Under the pieces are notes generated by a model that worked only from the letters and a program-made list of their open reading frames with translations, made no database searches and had not been told where the DNA came from. From Pristiophorus japonicus (Eukaryota), in contig NC_091979.1 in the NCBI RefSeq assembly GCF_044704955.1, positions 141,918,001-141,982,000 of the forward strand: DNA of 64,000 nucleotides. The letters are read 5' to 3'. This document shows, piece after piece, positions 47,148 to 59,707 of the stretch. Made by a program: the position numbers and the translations under genes. The first letter of the stretch is position 1. Every line of letters starts with the position of its first letter.

Positions 47148-50100
47148 CATAGAAACATAGAAAATAGGTGCAGGAGTAGGCCATTCGGCCCTTCGAGCCT
47201 GCACCACCATTCAATAAGATCATGGCCGATCATTCACCTCAGAACCCCTTTCCTGCTTTCTCTCCATATCCCTTGATCCCTTCAGCCGTAAGGGCCACAT
47301 CTAACTCTCTCTTGAATATATCCAATGAACTGGCATCAACGACTCTCTGCGGCAGGGAATTCCACTGGTTAACAACAGAAGGTGGTTATCCTCATCTCAG
47401 TCCTAAATGGCCTACCCCTTATCCTAAGATTGTGTCCCCTGGTTCTGCACTTCCCCAACATCGGGAACATTCTTCCCGCATCTAACCTGTCCCGTCAGAA
47501 TCTTATACGTTTCTATGAGATCCCCTCATCCTTCTAAATTCCAGTGTATAAAGGCCCAGTTGATCCAGTCTCTCCTCATATGTCAGTCCAGCCATCCCTG
47601 GAATCAGTCTGGTGAACCTTTGCTGCACTCCCTCAATAGCAAGAACGTCCTTCCTCAGATTAGGAGACCAAAACTGAACACAATAATCCAGGTGAGGCCT
47701 CACTAAGGCCCTGTACAAGTGCAGCAAGACCTCCCTGCTCCTATACTCAAATCCCCTAGCTATGAAGGCCAACATGCCATTTGCCTTCTTCACAGCCTGC
47801 TGTACTTGCATGCCAACTTTCAATGACTGATGAACCATGACACCCAGGTCTCGTTGCACCTCCCCTTTTCCTAATCTGCCACCATTCAGATAATATTCTG
47901 CCTTCATGTTTTTGCCACCAAAGTGGATAACCTCACATTTATCCACATTATACTGCATTCTCCATGCATTTGCCCACTCTCCTAACCTGTCCAAATCACC
48001 CTGCAGCCTCTTAGCATCCTCCTTACAGCTCACACCGCCACCCAGTTTAGTGTCATCTGCAAACTTGGAGATATTACACTCAATTCCTTCATCCAAATCA
48101 TTAATGTATATTGTGAAGAGCTGGGGTCCCAGCACTGAGCCCTGCGGTACTCCACTAGTTACTGCCTCCCATTCCGAAAAGGACCCGTTTATCCCGACTG
48201 TTTCCTGCCTGCCAACCAATTCTCTATCCACGCCAGTACATTACCCCCAATACCATGTGCCTTGATCTTGTACACCAATCTCTTATATGGGACCTCGTCA
48301 AAGGCCTTTTGAAAGTCCAAATACACCACATCCACTGGTTCTCCCTTGTCCACTCTACTAGTTACATCCTCAAAAAATTCAAGCCTCAAAAAATTCCAGA
48401 AGATTGGTCAAGCATGATTTCCCTTTCATAAATCCATGCTGACTTGGACCGATCCTGTCACTGCTTTCCAAATGCGCTGCTATTTCATCCTTAATAATAG
48501 ATTCCAACATTTTCCCCACTACTGATGTCAGGCTAACCGGTCTATAATTATCCGTTTTCTCTCTCCCTCCTTTTTTTAAAAAGTGGTGTTACATTAGCTA
48601 CCCTCCAGTCCATAGGAACTGATCCAGAGTCGATAGACTGTTGGAAAATGATTACCAATGCATCCACTATTTCTAGGGCCACCTCCTTAAGTATTCTGGG
48701 ATGCAGACAATCAGGCCCTGGGGATTTATCGGCCTTCAATCCCATCAATTTCCCCAACACAATTTCCCACCTAATAAGGATATCCTTCAGTTCCTCCTTC
48801 TCACTAGACCCTCGGTCCCCCAGTACATCCGGAAGGTCATTTGTGTCTTTCTTCGTGAAGACAGAACCAAACTATTTGTTCAATTGGTCTGCCATTTCTT
48901 TGTTCCCCATTATTAATTCACTTGAGTCCGACTGCAAGGGACCTACGTTTGTTTTCACCAATCTTTTTCTCTTCACATATCTATAGAAGCTTTTGCAGTC
49001 AGTTTTTATGTTCCCAGCAAGCTTCCTCTCATACTCTATTTTCCCCTTCCTAATTAAACCCTTTGTCCTCCTCTGCTGAATTCTAAATTTCTCCCAGTCC
49101 TCAGGTTTGCTACTTTTTCTGGCCAATTTATATGCCTCTTCCTTGGATCTAACACTATTCTTAATTTCCCTTGTTAGCCACGGTTGAGCCACCTTCCCCG
49201 TTATATTTTTACTCCAGACAGGAATGTATAACTGTTGAAATTCATCCATGTGATCTATAAATGTTTGCCATTGTCTATCCACCGTCAACCCTTTAAAGTA
49301 TCATTTGCCAGTCTATTCTAGCCAATTCACACCATGTTAGATCTCTTAATTTCCAATGAAATACAAACTCCGATTGTAGTTTTAACTTTTAAATCTCGGC
49401 AGAGTGTAACAAACTGCTTGGCTTCAAGCCAGGTCTTTGTTCTTACTGAGACACATGGTCAAAATGGCGGTACTTTATACCTGGATCAATTTACAGAAAA
49501 GAACTCGCCTTCTTTGACCTTATTGGCTCAATTGAAAGTCTTTTAACGTTTTATTGGCTCGCTACCCAAGGTCCGAAAATGTCAAGTTGATTGATGAGTT
49601 AATGCAACATGCTGAGCAGCACGTAGCAGCCTTGACTTGGGGGTCTGTGAATTTTCACAGTCTGTCTGAATGATCCTGTTTGAATACTCTATCACACCAC
49701 ATGCCATCGAAGTTAGCTTTCCTTAAGTTTAGGACCCTAGTTTCTGAATTAACTGTGTCACTCTCTCAATCTTAATAAAGAATTCTACCTCGCACAACAA
49801 GATTGCTAATTAGTCCCTTCTCATTACACATCACCCAGTCTAGGATGGCCAGCTCTCTAGTCAGTTCCTCCATATATTGGTCAAGAAAACCATCCCTAAT
49901 ACACTCCAGGAAATCCTCCTCTACCGCATTGCTACCAGTTTGGTTAACCCAATCTATATATAAATTAAAGTCACCCATGATAACTGCTGTACCTTTATTG
50001 CACACATCCCTTATTTCTTGTTTTATGCTTTCCCCAACCTCACTACTACTATTTGGTGGCCTGTACACAACTCCCACTAGCGTTTTCTGCCCTTTGGTAT

Positions 50101-50622
50101 TCCGCAGCTCCACCCATACCGATTCCAAGCTAATGTCTTTCCTTACTATTGCGTTAATTTCTTTGACCAGCAAAGCCACCCCACCTCCTTTTCCTCTCCG
50201 TCTATCCTTCCTAAATGTTGAATACCCCTGGATGTTGAGTTCCCAGCCTTGGTCACCCTGGAGCCATGTCTCTGCGATGCCAATTACATCGTATCCATTA
50301 ACTGCTATCTGCACAGTTAATTCATCCACCTTATTCTGAATACTCCTCGCATTGAGGCACAGAGCCTTCAGGCTTGTCCCTTTAACACACCTTGCCCCTT
50401 TAAAATTTTGCTGTAATGTGGCCCTTTTTGTTTTTTGCCTTGGGATTCTCTGCCCTCCACTTTTACTATTCTCCTTTCTATCTTTTGCCTCTGTCTCCCT
50501 TTTATTTCCCTCTGTCTCCCTGCATAGGTTCCCATCCCCCTGCCATATTAGTTTAACTCCTCCCCAACAGCACTAGCAAACACTCCCCCTAGGACATTGG
50601 TTCCAATCCTGCCCAGGTGTAG
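47148..50622 (-). mobile_element. CR1 LINE, complete ORF2 region (frameshifted) plus ORF1 end
   Basis: APE 49772-50329, RT 47503-48389 (GVPQGSVLGP, KFADDTK), (TTTCTATG) tail. Confidence 0.92.
49335..49694 (-). mobile_element. Solo LTR (360 bp) inserted in CR1
   Basis: TGTTAG...CTATCA termini and a perfect 5-bp TSD CACCA (49330-49334, 49695-49699). The - strand has two CCAAT boxes and TATAAAG. Confidence 0.8.
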
Positions 50623-50976
50623 ACAATAGAACTATTCAAAGTTGTTCTCCCCAATGTCCTGACCAATATTTATCCTTCAACCAACATCACCAAAAACATT
50701 ATCTGGTCAGGATCTCATTGCAGTGCATAAATTGGCTATGATTGCTACATTACAACTGTGCCTACATTTCAAAGCTACTTAATTGTAAAGCACTTTGGGA
50801 TGTCCTGAAGTTGTGAAAGGCACTAAATGAATGCACTCTCTATGCAGATCTTCCCCCCTCTATCCCATCTTCAATGTTTGGTAGCATGTAATGCAGATCA
50901 AGAATTGTACCTATTTTCAACTCTTATCTATGTGGATTCTATTTTAACAAAACCGACAGCTTTACTAGCAATGCAG

Positions 50977-51690
50977 TCATCATCAAAGGCAGTCCCTCGG
51001 AATCAAGGAAGACTTGCTTCCACTATGAAAGTGAGTTATTTGGTGGCTGAACAGTTCAACACGAGAGACACAGACCCTGTCACAGGTGGGACAGACATTC
51101 GTCGGGGGAAGGGGGGGGGGGGGAGGGACTGATTTGCCGCACGCTCCTTCCGCTGCCTGCACGTGACCTCTTCACGCTCGTAGCGTTGAGATTCGAAGAT
51201 GTATTTTCTCCACCTAGGGCAGTCTTAGGCCAGGGTCTCCCAGGTGTCAGTGGTGATGTCACACTTCACCAGGGAGGCTTTGAGGGTGTCCTTGTAACGT
51301 TTCCGCTGCCCACCTTTGGCTCGGTTGCCATTAAGGAGTTCCGTGTAGAGCAATTGCTTAGGGAGTCTCGTGTCTGGCATGCAAACTAAGTGGCCTGCCC
51401 AGCAAAGCTGATCGTGTGCTCTTAATGCTTCAATACTGGGGATGTTAGCCTGGGCGAAGACACTGATGTTGCTGCATCTGTCCTCCTAGGGGATTTGCAG
51501 GACCTTGTGGAGACATCGTTGCTGATATATCTCCAGCAACTTGGTGTCTTCTGTACATGGTCCATGTCTGATCATACAGCAGGGCGGGTATTACTACAGT
51601 CCTGTAGACCATGAGCTCAATGTTAGGTTTGAGGACCTGGTCTTCGAACACTCTTTTCCTCAGGCGGCCGAAGGCTGGAGTCGCAGTGCG
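50977..51690 (-). mobile_element. RTE-clade LINE 3' fragment
   Basis: AFGRLRKRVFED...VYRTVVIPALLY peptide; homologous to 1-465; (TGA)n tail. Confidence 0.85.
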
Positions 51691-52384
51691 GATTTCGTCC
51701 CATGCAGATGGCAACTGACACCAATGTACCACTGTAAAATAAAAATCTACACACCCTGCGTTTAATTGTTAAACGCCCTTTATATGTAAAATTCAAATGC
51801 GTTTTAATTTCCACATTTACTATTTCATGTTAATTCAAAATACCTGAAGCAAAAAAAGGTACCAATTAATTCAATTTAAGATCTTATTAAAAAGGATTCC
51901 TGGCCGCCATACGTTTTCAAAAAGAACAAAAGGCCATCTGTTCTGATTGTGTCTGCATTTTTAATTCTGTTTAAACACAGAGGACACGCCCTTAATTCTG
52001 ACCTTTCGTCAATGTGTAGTGTTGACCTGCCAATTTGCTTTGATTCGGTTGCATTCCTCTCGACAATAGTATCGAAAGTACAACAAATGCATTACACCGT
52101 ATTTATTCTAATGGAGAATTGACAATATTTGCAATGCAGTGAACTGTGACATTACCTAATTTCTCAAACCTTAGCCAAATATCGAACTAACCCAACAAAG
52201 CATGCTTAAAAACATTCAGTAACTTGCAATATATTGTATTAATCTGACCAAAACAGCCTATACTGAAGGGAAGGGTGCTTTGCAGCGCTAGGCCACAAAG
52301 GAAAACGGGGAAGGCTGCAGCTCACTGTACTAGGATATAAGCATATTTTAAAAAAAAGGCAATTTCCATTCAGCGTATTGCCAA

Positions 52385-52715
52385 AAACGCCCGGTTTAGC
52401 AGCAACGGTATCCTCACCGAGTTTGCAGGAGGACGTAAATCAGTCACGCGGTATCCCACACTCGCCGCTGGCTCCTGCAATGAAGCGCTCACCCGTCAGA
52501 ACGGAAGCATTGTGACGCGCTTTGAGTGACAGGCGCGGCGAGTGGGCGCGCGGGCGCTCACCCAATTGCCCGGCAGAGCCACGTGGGCGGACGGACGTTC
52601 CACCCGCTCGGCGCGCGCAGCCCTGAGCATCCTGCGGGGACCGGGAGTTAACGTGTAGCGTGCATCGCCCGGGCAAGTACATCCGAGCCTGGGGTGGGCT
52701 TGACAGTTGGAGGGA
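52385..52715. promoter_or_regulatory. CpG island; probable bidirectional ORMDL1/PMS1 promoter, with a candidate ORMDL1 non-coding exon 1 donor (CG|GTGAGG, exon end 52418 on -)
   Basis: Strongest non-repeat CpG cluster between the divergent first coding exons. Contains CCAAT 52562-52566, E-box CACGTG 52580-52585 and GC box 52585-52590. Confidence 0.75.
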
Positions 52716-53934
52716 CGGATTTCTCCCATTAAACGTAAAGTGAAAAGTTGCTAAATATTTATTTGAAGCAGTTGATTTGTGTGAGAAGAGCTGCAATAGG
52801 TTAGCTGCGGCAAGAGACCCATTGGCGAGGCTTTTCCTCAATTCTTCGATATAATTCAAGCTATTTATCCTAGCTAATGCTTGGGAGTATTTAACTGGCA
52901 TGCAACTCGGGGAAATGTTGTGCTTCTAAATTCATTTATGGATCTGCGATTAGCCCTAAAACACAGGACATTTTTTTGTAGGCGTATCTTTATTTTAGGG
53001 TGATGTCAAGTGAATAAAAGTACAAGTTTGTAGCGATGAATACAGTTTTAGCAGAAACGTTTACAAACCAGGAACACCCTTCAATTTACAACTATCTGGA
53101 ACGGAACTAACAATAATTGTAATTTATTTTGGTTCTAGAAAGCTGCTTTAGTGCTGAAAAAGTTGAACTGGCTTCACAATTTATTAATGTGTTCTTCAAG
53201 TCGCAGACTTCACTTTTTTCTGCTGCTCTTCGAGAACGTTTTAATACAGGAAATTATTTATGTTTTGCTCATATTATGACTTTAGTATTCGAATTCCCTG
53301 CACGAATGCATTCCCTCTAGGCTGTTCACTTTCACCAAGATCTTTAACAGTTACCTATCTGGAAGTGGCCGTCCACAATTACTTGCATAATATTTCTTCC
53401 CAGCCATTTTTCTCAGTTTCTCCATCTTGGTTGTATGTGCTTTGATAACTCCAGTGCAGAAAGTAGAGTATTGAAATGCCTCCTTGCACTGCTGAGCTTT
53501 CCTTCTGGTGGAGAAGGCCCATGGCTGCATTTGCACCATTTCTCCTGTCTTCCTTCTTATCGTTTCTCACTCCTTTCACACTAGATCATCTACAACATGA
53601 TTCCAGTATAGCATCACCTCTCCTTGTCATCTTTGTTTACCAGAGGAACTGACTGTGACATTCTTCATTTTTCCAGCATCCCCATCACCAGCTGATCTTC
53701 TTTGTTCAGCCATGAACTCTTTGAATGGCGGTGCAGGCTAGAAGGGCTGAATGGCCTACTCCTGCACCTATTTTCTATGTTTCTATGTTTCTCCAGGCAT
53801 TTTCCAGGGAACTGCAGCACGTGCATCAGTAGTTTATTTGCTTCTTTACAAGCCATTAGCTAGGGTCCCAACTCCCAAGCACTCAACCTATGTGAGACAA
53901 TCTAGTCTGCTGTATTTGGTGTTCAGTGTTTTCA

Positions 53935-54215
53935 CTTGTGGGGAAGAGCAAAACTAGAGGCCATTGATGTAAGATAATCATCAAGAAATCAAATAGGAAA
54001 TTCAAAAGAGTGGTGAGAATGTGGAACTCGCTACCATATGGAGTGGTTGAGGTGAATAGTATAGATGCATTTAAGGGGAGGCTAGATGAGAATATGAGGA
54101 AGAAGGAAATAGAGGGTTATGCTGAGAGTTGGATAAGGAAGGGAGGAGTGGAGCATAACAGTTGTCATAGACTGGTTGGGCCAAAAGGCCTGTTTCTGAG
54201 CTATATATGCTATGT
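53935..54215 (+). mobile_element. CR1 3' fragment
   Basis: VRMWNSLP...IDAFKGRLD peptide and CR1-type 3'UTR. Confidence 0.7.
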
Positions 54216-54877
54216 AATACCTCAATGTAAATGCATATTGCTCTGTTTACTAATGAACAATATAAGAAATCCAGACCTGGATTAATCATTTAAACTTTTC
54301 TGACAATCATACTAGCATAGTTTTTCTTGCCAATGTTCTCTGCTATCATCCTGTTTGAGTTGACACCTTGCTAGGATACAGTTCCAAAGGTCCTGGTTGT
54401 CCTTGCAAACCTTATTCTAAGTGGCCATTATTTGTGTGATTTTTCAACAAATGATCACTGGCAGGATGTTTGACAGTGGAGGATATTGTAACCATGTGCA
54501 AATATGCCCTCATCCATTGCCCATGTGCACACCACTCCAATAGGGCTTGCTGGATAGTGATCAGGATAAGAACCCCTGGGCTAATCATGGCTTTTAGCTG
54601 AGATTGCCAACTCAATACAGGCTAAGGAACAACCCTGGGTCAGTATGGTTCAGCACGTTTGTCCAGTGAGTAACTGAGCTTTTGACTGGATAAACTCATT
54701 GAGCCATTGAGGGAGCTCTTTGATTTTTAAAAAATTGCTTGTGTGATTAAAGTTTTCATAGCAACACATGAAGGCACTTATCTCTTCCTTCAGTCACACA
54801 GTTTACATCTTTACAGTTACACTGGATGAAATACCAAAAAGGTTACTCTTAATCTGAAGGTAAATTAGCCTTTGTAT

Positions 54878-55231
54878 CAGCTGTGGCTCAGTGCGTAACG
54901 CATTCACTCACCTCTGAGCCAGAAGGTTGTGGGTTCAAGTCACGCTCCAGGGACCTCAGCACATAAATCTAGGTTGACACTCCAGTGCTGTGCTGAGGGA
55001 GTGCTGCATTGTCGGAGGTGCCATCTTTTGGATAAACCAATGCCCCGTCTGCTCTCTCAGGTGGATGTAAAATATCCTATGGCACTATTTCGAAGAAGAG
55101 CAGGGGAGCTATCCCCGGTGTCCTGGCCAATATTTATGCCTCAATCAACATAACAAAAAAAAACATTGCCGTTTGTGGGAGCTTGCTGTGCTGTCTGGTG
55201 GTCGTGAAAGGCACTTATAAATGCAAGTCTT
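54878..55231 (+). mobile_element. tRNA-head Deu-domain SINE (AmnSINE1/SacSINE1-like), internally deleted near the 3' end
   Basis: TGGCTCAGT A-box, GGTTCAAGTC B-box, GCTGAGGGAGTGCTGCATTGTCGGAGGTGCC and GGTGTCCTGGCCAATATTTAT core, GTGAAAGGCAC..ATAAATGCAAGT tail. Confidence 0.8.
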
Positions 55232-56844
55232 TCGATGGTTCAGTCAATTTTATATTGGGGAGAACAAACCAATTGGGTGATTGCTTTGCCAATAATCTCT
55301 GTTCTAACAGCAAGCATAATTATGATCTCCCTTTGGTTTGCCTCTTCAACTCACCCCTTCAAATCTCACTTAGCTCTTTCTGTCTTGGCTTCATAAACTG
55401 TACTCGCCATGGTCGAGGCAAATTTAAGGGACTGTGTCTCAACCCTCTTTAGCAACTTCAGACCATAGCTAGTTTTCCTCCAAGGAGCTCCCATTTAAAT
55501 TTCATTACAGTCCCTTCCATTCTGGAGCTATTTTACTCCCATTTTGTCCTCTTAGCACTGCACCACCTGGCTGAGTTTCCCTTTGTGAATGATGAGCACT
55601 TTTCATCTTTTTACATCTGGTTATAGGCTATTCATCAATTAGCTGTATCTTTATAATAGGAGTTAGCACATCTGGAGTCCTAATTACCTGTTGTTCGGCC
55701 CTCTTTGGTTTGGGCGATTGTTTGAAGAGCCCTCTAGTTTTCTTATCAGTTGTGAAAATCTCCAGCTGAAACATTAGCTTGTCTTTAAAAAAAAACTTTT
55801 TTGATGTTTTTAGAGCTGCTGTGTAATTCCAGCATTACAAATTTCCAGTATTTCTTTGTATTTTAGGTGAATGGTATCTGTTTGGCAAATGTACCTGCTG
55901 CTATACATAACAGCTGCTAATCGTCTGTTCTAAGAATTTGTTATTCTGAATTAAAATACACCTTATAAATGTGATTGATTTTTAAAATTCTCTTTTCAAG
56001 GATATTAATCGGAATATGTGCTACTGGGGCCCACATGAGAAATTGACCAATTGTCTGATGTGATTGTGCACAGCGGCTGTCTCTGGGACATTTAGTCTTG
56101 CCAAAAGTGTTAGCATTTGTTGTCTGATGCTTATTTCTGTTGCAGATCTGTCCATTGTCTCCTGGGTGACTATTTAAAGTGATCGTTGTCAATCATTTTT
56201 CCATCAATTCTACAAACCTGCCGAAGCCAGCATGCCTGATGTCTTGGCAATTCATGAAGAATTAGTTCACCACAACGCTTGCTTTTTTAGACAATTCATG
56301 TCCCAATTGTAATCTTCTGCCTTAGGCATTAGTTCTGGAAAATCTCTAGATAAACAAATGATGTCCATCTTTCAGCATTGTATGTTAGGATAGGTAGGCA
56401 AGTTTTTAGGTAACTTGCATTGTGCTTATATCTTTGACTTTAGCATGATGATTCCTGTAAACATAACTTCTATGGTTGCTTTAAGCTATTGAAGTCACAA
56501 AAGGAGTTATACTAACAGAAATAGCTGTTCTGACTCTGCAGTGCAACATAAGAGTTCAAACATACTGCAAATCAAAATAATCAGAAGCAGCTTCCTGCAA
56601 TTAACCTGCATTGGTACATATTGCATAAGGCATTCGTGGGTTATGAAATGTTACACTCTGAAAATTAAATCCCATTTAAAATAGCAATCTGCCTTCATTC
56701 CTATACCACTAGCTTATCAATCTAATCCCTATATGAAAAGGATCTTTATGAAAAAGAATAATTTAATTAAAACAATAGCCCTGTCAACAACAACAAGCCG
56801 ACCGCTTTGACTATTGCTTTGCAAATATTTGGCTGGACCCACAA

Positions 56845-57630
56845 ATAGAAACATAGGAACTTTGAATAAGCCATTCCACCCTTTGATTCTGTTCTGCCAT
56901 TCAGTTAGATTATGGCTGATCTGTATCTTAACTCCATCTACACAGGTTGGTTCTGTAACCCTTAATACCCTTACTTAACAAAATATCAATCTCAGTTTTG
57001 ACATTTTCCATTGACCTAACCTCAACAGCATTTTGGGGAGAGAGTTCCAGATTTCCTTTGTGTGAAGAAGTGTTTTCTGACATCACCCCTGAACAGCCGA
57101 GCTTTAATTTTATGGTTATGCTTGCCTCCACCCTTGTTTTAGACTCACACCAGAGGAAATAGTTTCTCTCTCTCTATCCTATCAAATCCTTTAATCATCT
57201 TAAACATCTCATTTAGATCACACCTTAATCTTCTCTATTTAATGGAAGACAAGCCTAGTCTATGCACCCTATCCTCATTAGTTAACACTTTTAGCCCCGG
57301 TATAATTCTGGTGACTCTGTGCTGTACGCCCTCCAAAGCCAATATATGCTTCCTGAGGTGTGGTGCCCAGATCTGAATGCAGTACTCCAGATGGGGTCTA
57401 ACCAGAGCTCTGTTCAGCTGTAACATAACTTCCACCCCTTTGTATTCCAGCCCTCGTGAGATAAAGGCCAACATTCCATTGGCCTTTGAAATTATTTCTG
57501 TACTTGGACCTCTAAATCTCTCTGCTCATCCACAGTTCCCAGCTTCTTGCCACTTAGAGAATACGCTGATCTATTTTTCTTAGATCCAAAATGGATGACC
57601 TCACACTTTTCCGCATTGAACTCCATCTCA
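56845..57630 (-). mobile_element. CR1 3' fragment
   Basis: ORF 57235-57474: [19 protein letters not shown]. Confidence 0.85.
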
Positions 57631-58399
57631 GATGGTTCTCGGTCTCCTATTCATGTAGTGATTTGAGAGAGGATGGGTGTAATAGTTTTTTAAATTTACA
57701 TGAAACATCTTCATATTTTGAAAAAAGTAAGTAATAAATAGTGAATCCAGATCATTTTCAACAGTGACCAGTTGTTATGAATTGTAACCTATATTTGCAC
57801 ATCTCCAGCTTAAAAGGGCCATGTATAGTCTGTTCAAAAACTGTTTAGAACATTATAAAGAATTAATCATAAATGGGCTCCACTCAACATTTTATATCAT
57901 AATAAACGAGTGGAGAATTACTGATTTGGTTGGAGGAGGGGAAAGAGATTGTATCCACTTAGCTAAGGTTTATACCACCTTATAATTAATTACAGTAAAT
58001 TGCTTTTCCTAAACATTTTGTGAAACCGCATTCAGTTCTCAAAGTGCTGGAATAGCCAGTGGAAATGAACCTCACTGAATAATTTTAGAGAAATAATGCA
58101 GTAAATGAGCACTGCCAGCCAGGTGATAAGAGTTAGAGGGAGGGATCTCACCATCATTTGGCTGGCATTTATGGTAAGCTTTTTTCATATTGCTGATCCA
58201 GAGTGTGCGAAATGTATGTTCACACTGACTATATCCCATATAATGAATTAATATCATTCAGGTTTTCAAGGGATGTGCCAAATGGTGGGGAAGACATTTT
58301 TTCACCCCCACCCATGGAGAGGGAAGTGACGTTAGAAGATCCAACCCCATTGCACACTATACAGCAGATAATTAGCTTCAGTAACCTGGGAGCAAATTA

Positions 58400-58860
58400 G
58401 AATCATACAGCACTGACCGAGGCCATTTGGTCCACTATGCTGGTGCCAGCTCTTTGAAAGAGCTTCCCAATTAGTCCCACTTCCCTGCTCTTTCCCCATA
58501 GCCCTGCAGTTTTTTTTTCCTTTTCAAGTATATATCAATTCCCTTTTGAAAGTTACTATTGAATCTGCTTCCTTTCAAGCAGTGTATTCCAGATCATAAC
58601 TTGCTGTGTAAAAAGATTTCTCCTCATCTCGCCTCTGTTTTTTTTGCCAATTATCTTAAATCTGTGTCCTCTGGTTACTGGCCCTCCTGCCACTGGAAAA
58701 AATTCTGCTTATTTACTCTATCAAAACACTTCATAATTTTAAACACCTCTATTAAGTCTCCCCTTAATCTTATAGAATCATAAGTTTACAGCATGGAAGG
58801 AGGCCATTTCGGCACCTTCTCTATTCCAAGAAGAACAATCCCAGCTTCTCCAGTCTATTC
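58400..58860 (-). mobile_element. CR1 3' fragment(s), decayed
   Basis: CR1-type 3'UTR and C-terminal remnants on the - strand. Confidence 0.65.
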
Positions 58861-59575
58861 ACAGAAACGATTTGCTATGCTCCTGCCTAGCAAAACTGGC
58901 AAAAATATTTTGTAATGATTAATAAACATAAGGACATTTTTTGCAAATCAATTTCTCTGTCACAGAATGCCTTTTTGCACAGTTACCAATTAAAGCTACA
59001 GTTGTAAACCAGGTTCCCTTGGCCTGTAGATGAAAACGCTTTAAGTACTTACTTCTAAAGTTTGTAACTCCACCTACTGAGAAGAAATTGCAGTTTTTAT
59101 AATATAGTGGAAGTAAGTTCAGCATCTGAATGTTGGTGTGTACTTATGCCTCTAATATCTGTGTTTTGCCCTGGGTTCCTTCTAGCCTATAACTATGACC
59201 CAGTGATGAACAGAGTAACCAGTTCACGTATTTTAAGTTCACAAAATGATTTGTGTTCTCAACAACAGTAGATTAGCAATGAATGAAACTTTAAACTACT
59301 GCAGTATAATAAAAGGAGAATAAATTCTGCATTAGCTATTACACTGTAGCAGGACGGAGATCTGTGGACAGCTACAGTTGCAGAGGAGATTATACGTCTA
59401 AACATGCTCATAATAGAAGTCTTTGTGGGAAACAAAATTTTGGGATCAGGTGCATTTAAATAACAATTATTGCATGATTTTGTTTGTTTCCCATTGGTAA
59501 TCAGAACAAGCTCATATTTTCTTGTAACAAATGCATCTTGTTACAGGTTTGAGTTGGTTCATGAAGTAAGCCAAC

Positions 59576-59707
59576 ATGCAACAGCTACCACCAGACACAG
59601 TCCGACTTCTTTCGAGCTCTCAGACAATATCCTCTATTGTTAACGTAGTGAAGGAGCTTGTGGAAAACTCCTTGGATGCTAATGCAGCAAGCATTGAAGT
59701 CAAATTA
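59576..59707 (+). CDS. PMS1: PMS1 homolog 1, MutL-family mismatch repair protein, coding exon 1 (132 nt; exon starts at 59547)
   Basis: ttacag| acceptor and Kozak gccaacATG. Reads [44 protein letters not shown]|gtaagt, containing GHKL ATPase motif I. Confidence 0.95.

Larger units (their letters stand above)
46980..50840 (+). mobile_element. tRNA-head Deu-domain SINE (AmnSINE1/SacSINE1-like), split by a CR1: halves ~46980-47147 and ~50623-50840
   Basis: A-box TGGCTCAGTGG and B-box GTTCAAGT. Central CTCTCAGGTGGACGT and TGTCCTGACCAATATTTATCC...AACCAACATCAC motifs. The two halves are colinear with the copy at 54878-55231. Confidence 0.75.

Noticed and set aside
52562-52583. CCAAT...CCACG resembling an ER-stress element (ERSE) near ORMDL1
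   Set aside because: The spacer is 12 nt; the ERSE consensus needs 9.
52440-52901. 153-aa minus-strand ORF over the CpG island
   Set aside because: No recognisable domain; GC-rich islands are depleted of stop codons.
54878-54955. tRNA gene-like A/B boxes
   Set aside because: Head of a Deu-domain SINE; I see no full cloverleaf.
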